Below are positions 31,192 to 32,000 of a DNA stretch of 32,000 nt, in pieces. The stretch comes from Erysipelotrichaceae bacterium. Lineage in GTDB: Bacteria > Bacillota_I > Bacilli_A > Erysipelotrichales > Erysipelotrichaceae. Location: NCBI GenBank assembly GCA_963676105.1, contig OY781039.1, positions 240,001 through 272,000 on the forward strand, given 5' to 3'. Each line of letters starts with the position of its first letter. The first letter of the stretch is position 1. Under the pieces are notes generated by a model. The model was not told where the DNA came from, searched no databases, and saw nothing but the letters and a program-made list of their open reading frames with translations. The translations under genes and the position numbers were made by a program.

Positions 31192-32000
31192 ATGGACAAA
31201 CAACATAAAACAATCTTTTTAGATATTGATGGAACATTAGTGGGTGATAAAGGCTCTGTTCCAGAGTCTGCAAAAGAAGCAATCTTAAAAATGAAGGAAA
31301 AAGGTCACAAAGTAATTCTATGCACAGGTCGCACTCTAGATGAAATATATCCACCAATAATGGAAATTGGTTTTGATGGGATTATCGCATGTGGTGGAAA
31401 TTACGTTATTGCGAATGATGAAATCTTATATGAAAGGTATTTTTCGCTTGAAGATTTAAAACATCTCTATGAATACTTCGATAAATATGGAATTAACTAT
31501 TATGCTGAAGCGATATCAGGTATCTATGCTTCAAAGGGCTGTGATCAACAACTTTATGATTTGGCAATGGAAGTTGCGAAAACTGCTGGGGATCATTTCA
31601 TGGAACATTTTAATGTTTTTAGAAATGTGATGAAACAAAATGAGAATTTATTAAGAGAAGATGTCACTAAAATTTCCTTCTTAGGATCAAATCATCACAT
31701 AGATGATCTGAAAGAAGAATATAAAGATAAATTTGAAATCTTTGATTTAGTGGTGCCTATGTTTGGTGAAAATAGTGGTGAAATATCAATTAAAGGAACA
31801 GATAAAACGGTTGGTATGGATATTATGATTCATCACTTTGATTTGATTGAAGAAAACTCAATTGCGATAGGTGATGGGAATAATGATATTACCATGCTTC
31901 AAAAAGCAAATATCGGCGTATGTATGGGAAATGGTACAGATAAACTTAAAGCAGTAGCTGATATGATTACTGATGATGTTAATCATGATGGTCTCGCAAA
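31192..32000 (+). CDS. Cof-type HAD-IIB phosphatase (YidA/Cof-like), 3' end outside window
   Basis: Hand translation gives MDKQHKTIFLDIDGTLVGDKGSVPESAKEAILKMKEKGHKVILCTGRTL...GDGNNDITMLQKANIGVCMGNG...DDVNHDGLA, with HAD motifs I-IV. It is absent from the supplied track because no stop codon falls in the window. Confidence 0.8.
   Translation, partial: MDKQHKTIFLDIDGTLVGDKGSVPESAKEAILKMKEKGHKVILCTGRTLDEIYPPIMEIGFDGIIACGGNYVIANDEILYERYFSLEDLKHLYEYFDKYGINYYAEAISGIYASKGCDQQLYDLAMEVAKTAGDHFMEHFNVFRNVMKQNENLLREDVTKISFLGSNHHIDDLKEEYKDKFEIFDLVVPMFGENSGEISIKGTDKTVGMDIMIHHFDLIEENSIAIGDGNNDITMLQKANIGVCMGNGTDKLKAVADMITDDVNHDGLA

Noticed and set aside
31148-31357. 69-aa minus-strand ORF listed in the track
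   Set aside because: It overlaps the 5' part of the plus-strand Cof-type HAD gene, which has the clear DIDGTL and GDGNND motifs. The minus-strand translation is Cys/Leu-rich with no recognisable motifs.
1-32000. Search for alternative genetic code, CRISPR arrays, tRNA/rRNA genes and recognisable defence, toxin-antitoxin or restriction genes
   Set aside because: TGA terminates several well-supported genes and Trp is encoded by TGG, so code 11 applies. Intergenic regions are short and contain no repeat-spacer periodicity or tRNA-like cloverleaf candidates that I could see. No nuclease, methyltransferase or small paired toxin/antitoxin ORFs were found.

Overview
This is a low-GC chromosomal segment that uses the standard genetic code: TGA ends several genes and TGG encodes Trp. 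Gene content suggests a fermentative Bacillota organism, possibly Erysipelotrichia-like, but I cannot confirm taxonomy from sequence alone. Most of the window is housekeeping or metabolic.

Layout, left to right:
- 1-838: the 3' end of a cation-diffusion-facilitator gene overlapping a cytoplasmic DsbA-like gene.
- 891-7893: a tightly coupled branched-chain amino-acid fermentation cluster. It contains a HAD hydrolase, ptb, buk, leucine dehydrogenase, an uncharacterised P-loop NTPase and a four-subunit 2-oxoacid:ferredoxin oxidoreductase. A consensus cre box and a structured leader sit in front of the leucine dehydrogenase gene.
- 7908-12929: a class II CPD photolyase, a YerC/TrpR-like protein, an AEC-family permease, and serC-serA.
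- 12931-14748: an intact IS3-family element with a 5-bp target duplication and an A7 frameshift site, inserted directly after the serA stop codon.
- 14831-22843: an 8-kb envelope-related cluster. It holds two tandem fused MacB-like ATPase-FtsX proteins (one with almost no extracytoplasmic domain), anmK, and then FtsX permease - ABC ATPase - a membrane protein made only of five PASTA repeats.
- 22988-28352: a PRD/EIIA-type regulator, a fused PTS EIIB-EIIC (Lac/cellobiose family) and a leaderless Cys-type sulfatase.
- 28377-32000: convergent proA-proB preceded by a C26 gamma-glutamyl hydrolase-like gene, and a partial Cof-type HAD phosphatase running off the window.

I found no rRNA, tRNA, CRISPR array or recognisable defence, toxin-antitoxin or restriction genes. 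The best candidates for undescribed biology are:
- the PASTA-only protein translationally coupled to an FtsX-type ABC transporter next to anmK
- the asymmetric MacB-like pair
- the P-loop NTPase embedded in the oxidoreductase operon
- the PTS-plus-cytoplasmic-sulfatase operon

All functional calls rest on motif recognition by eye. No database search was run.
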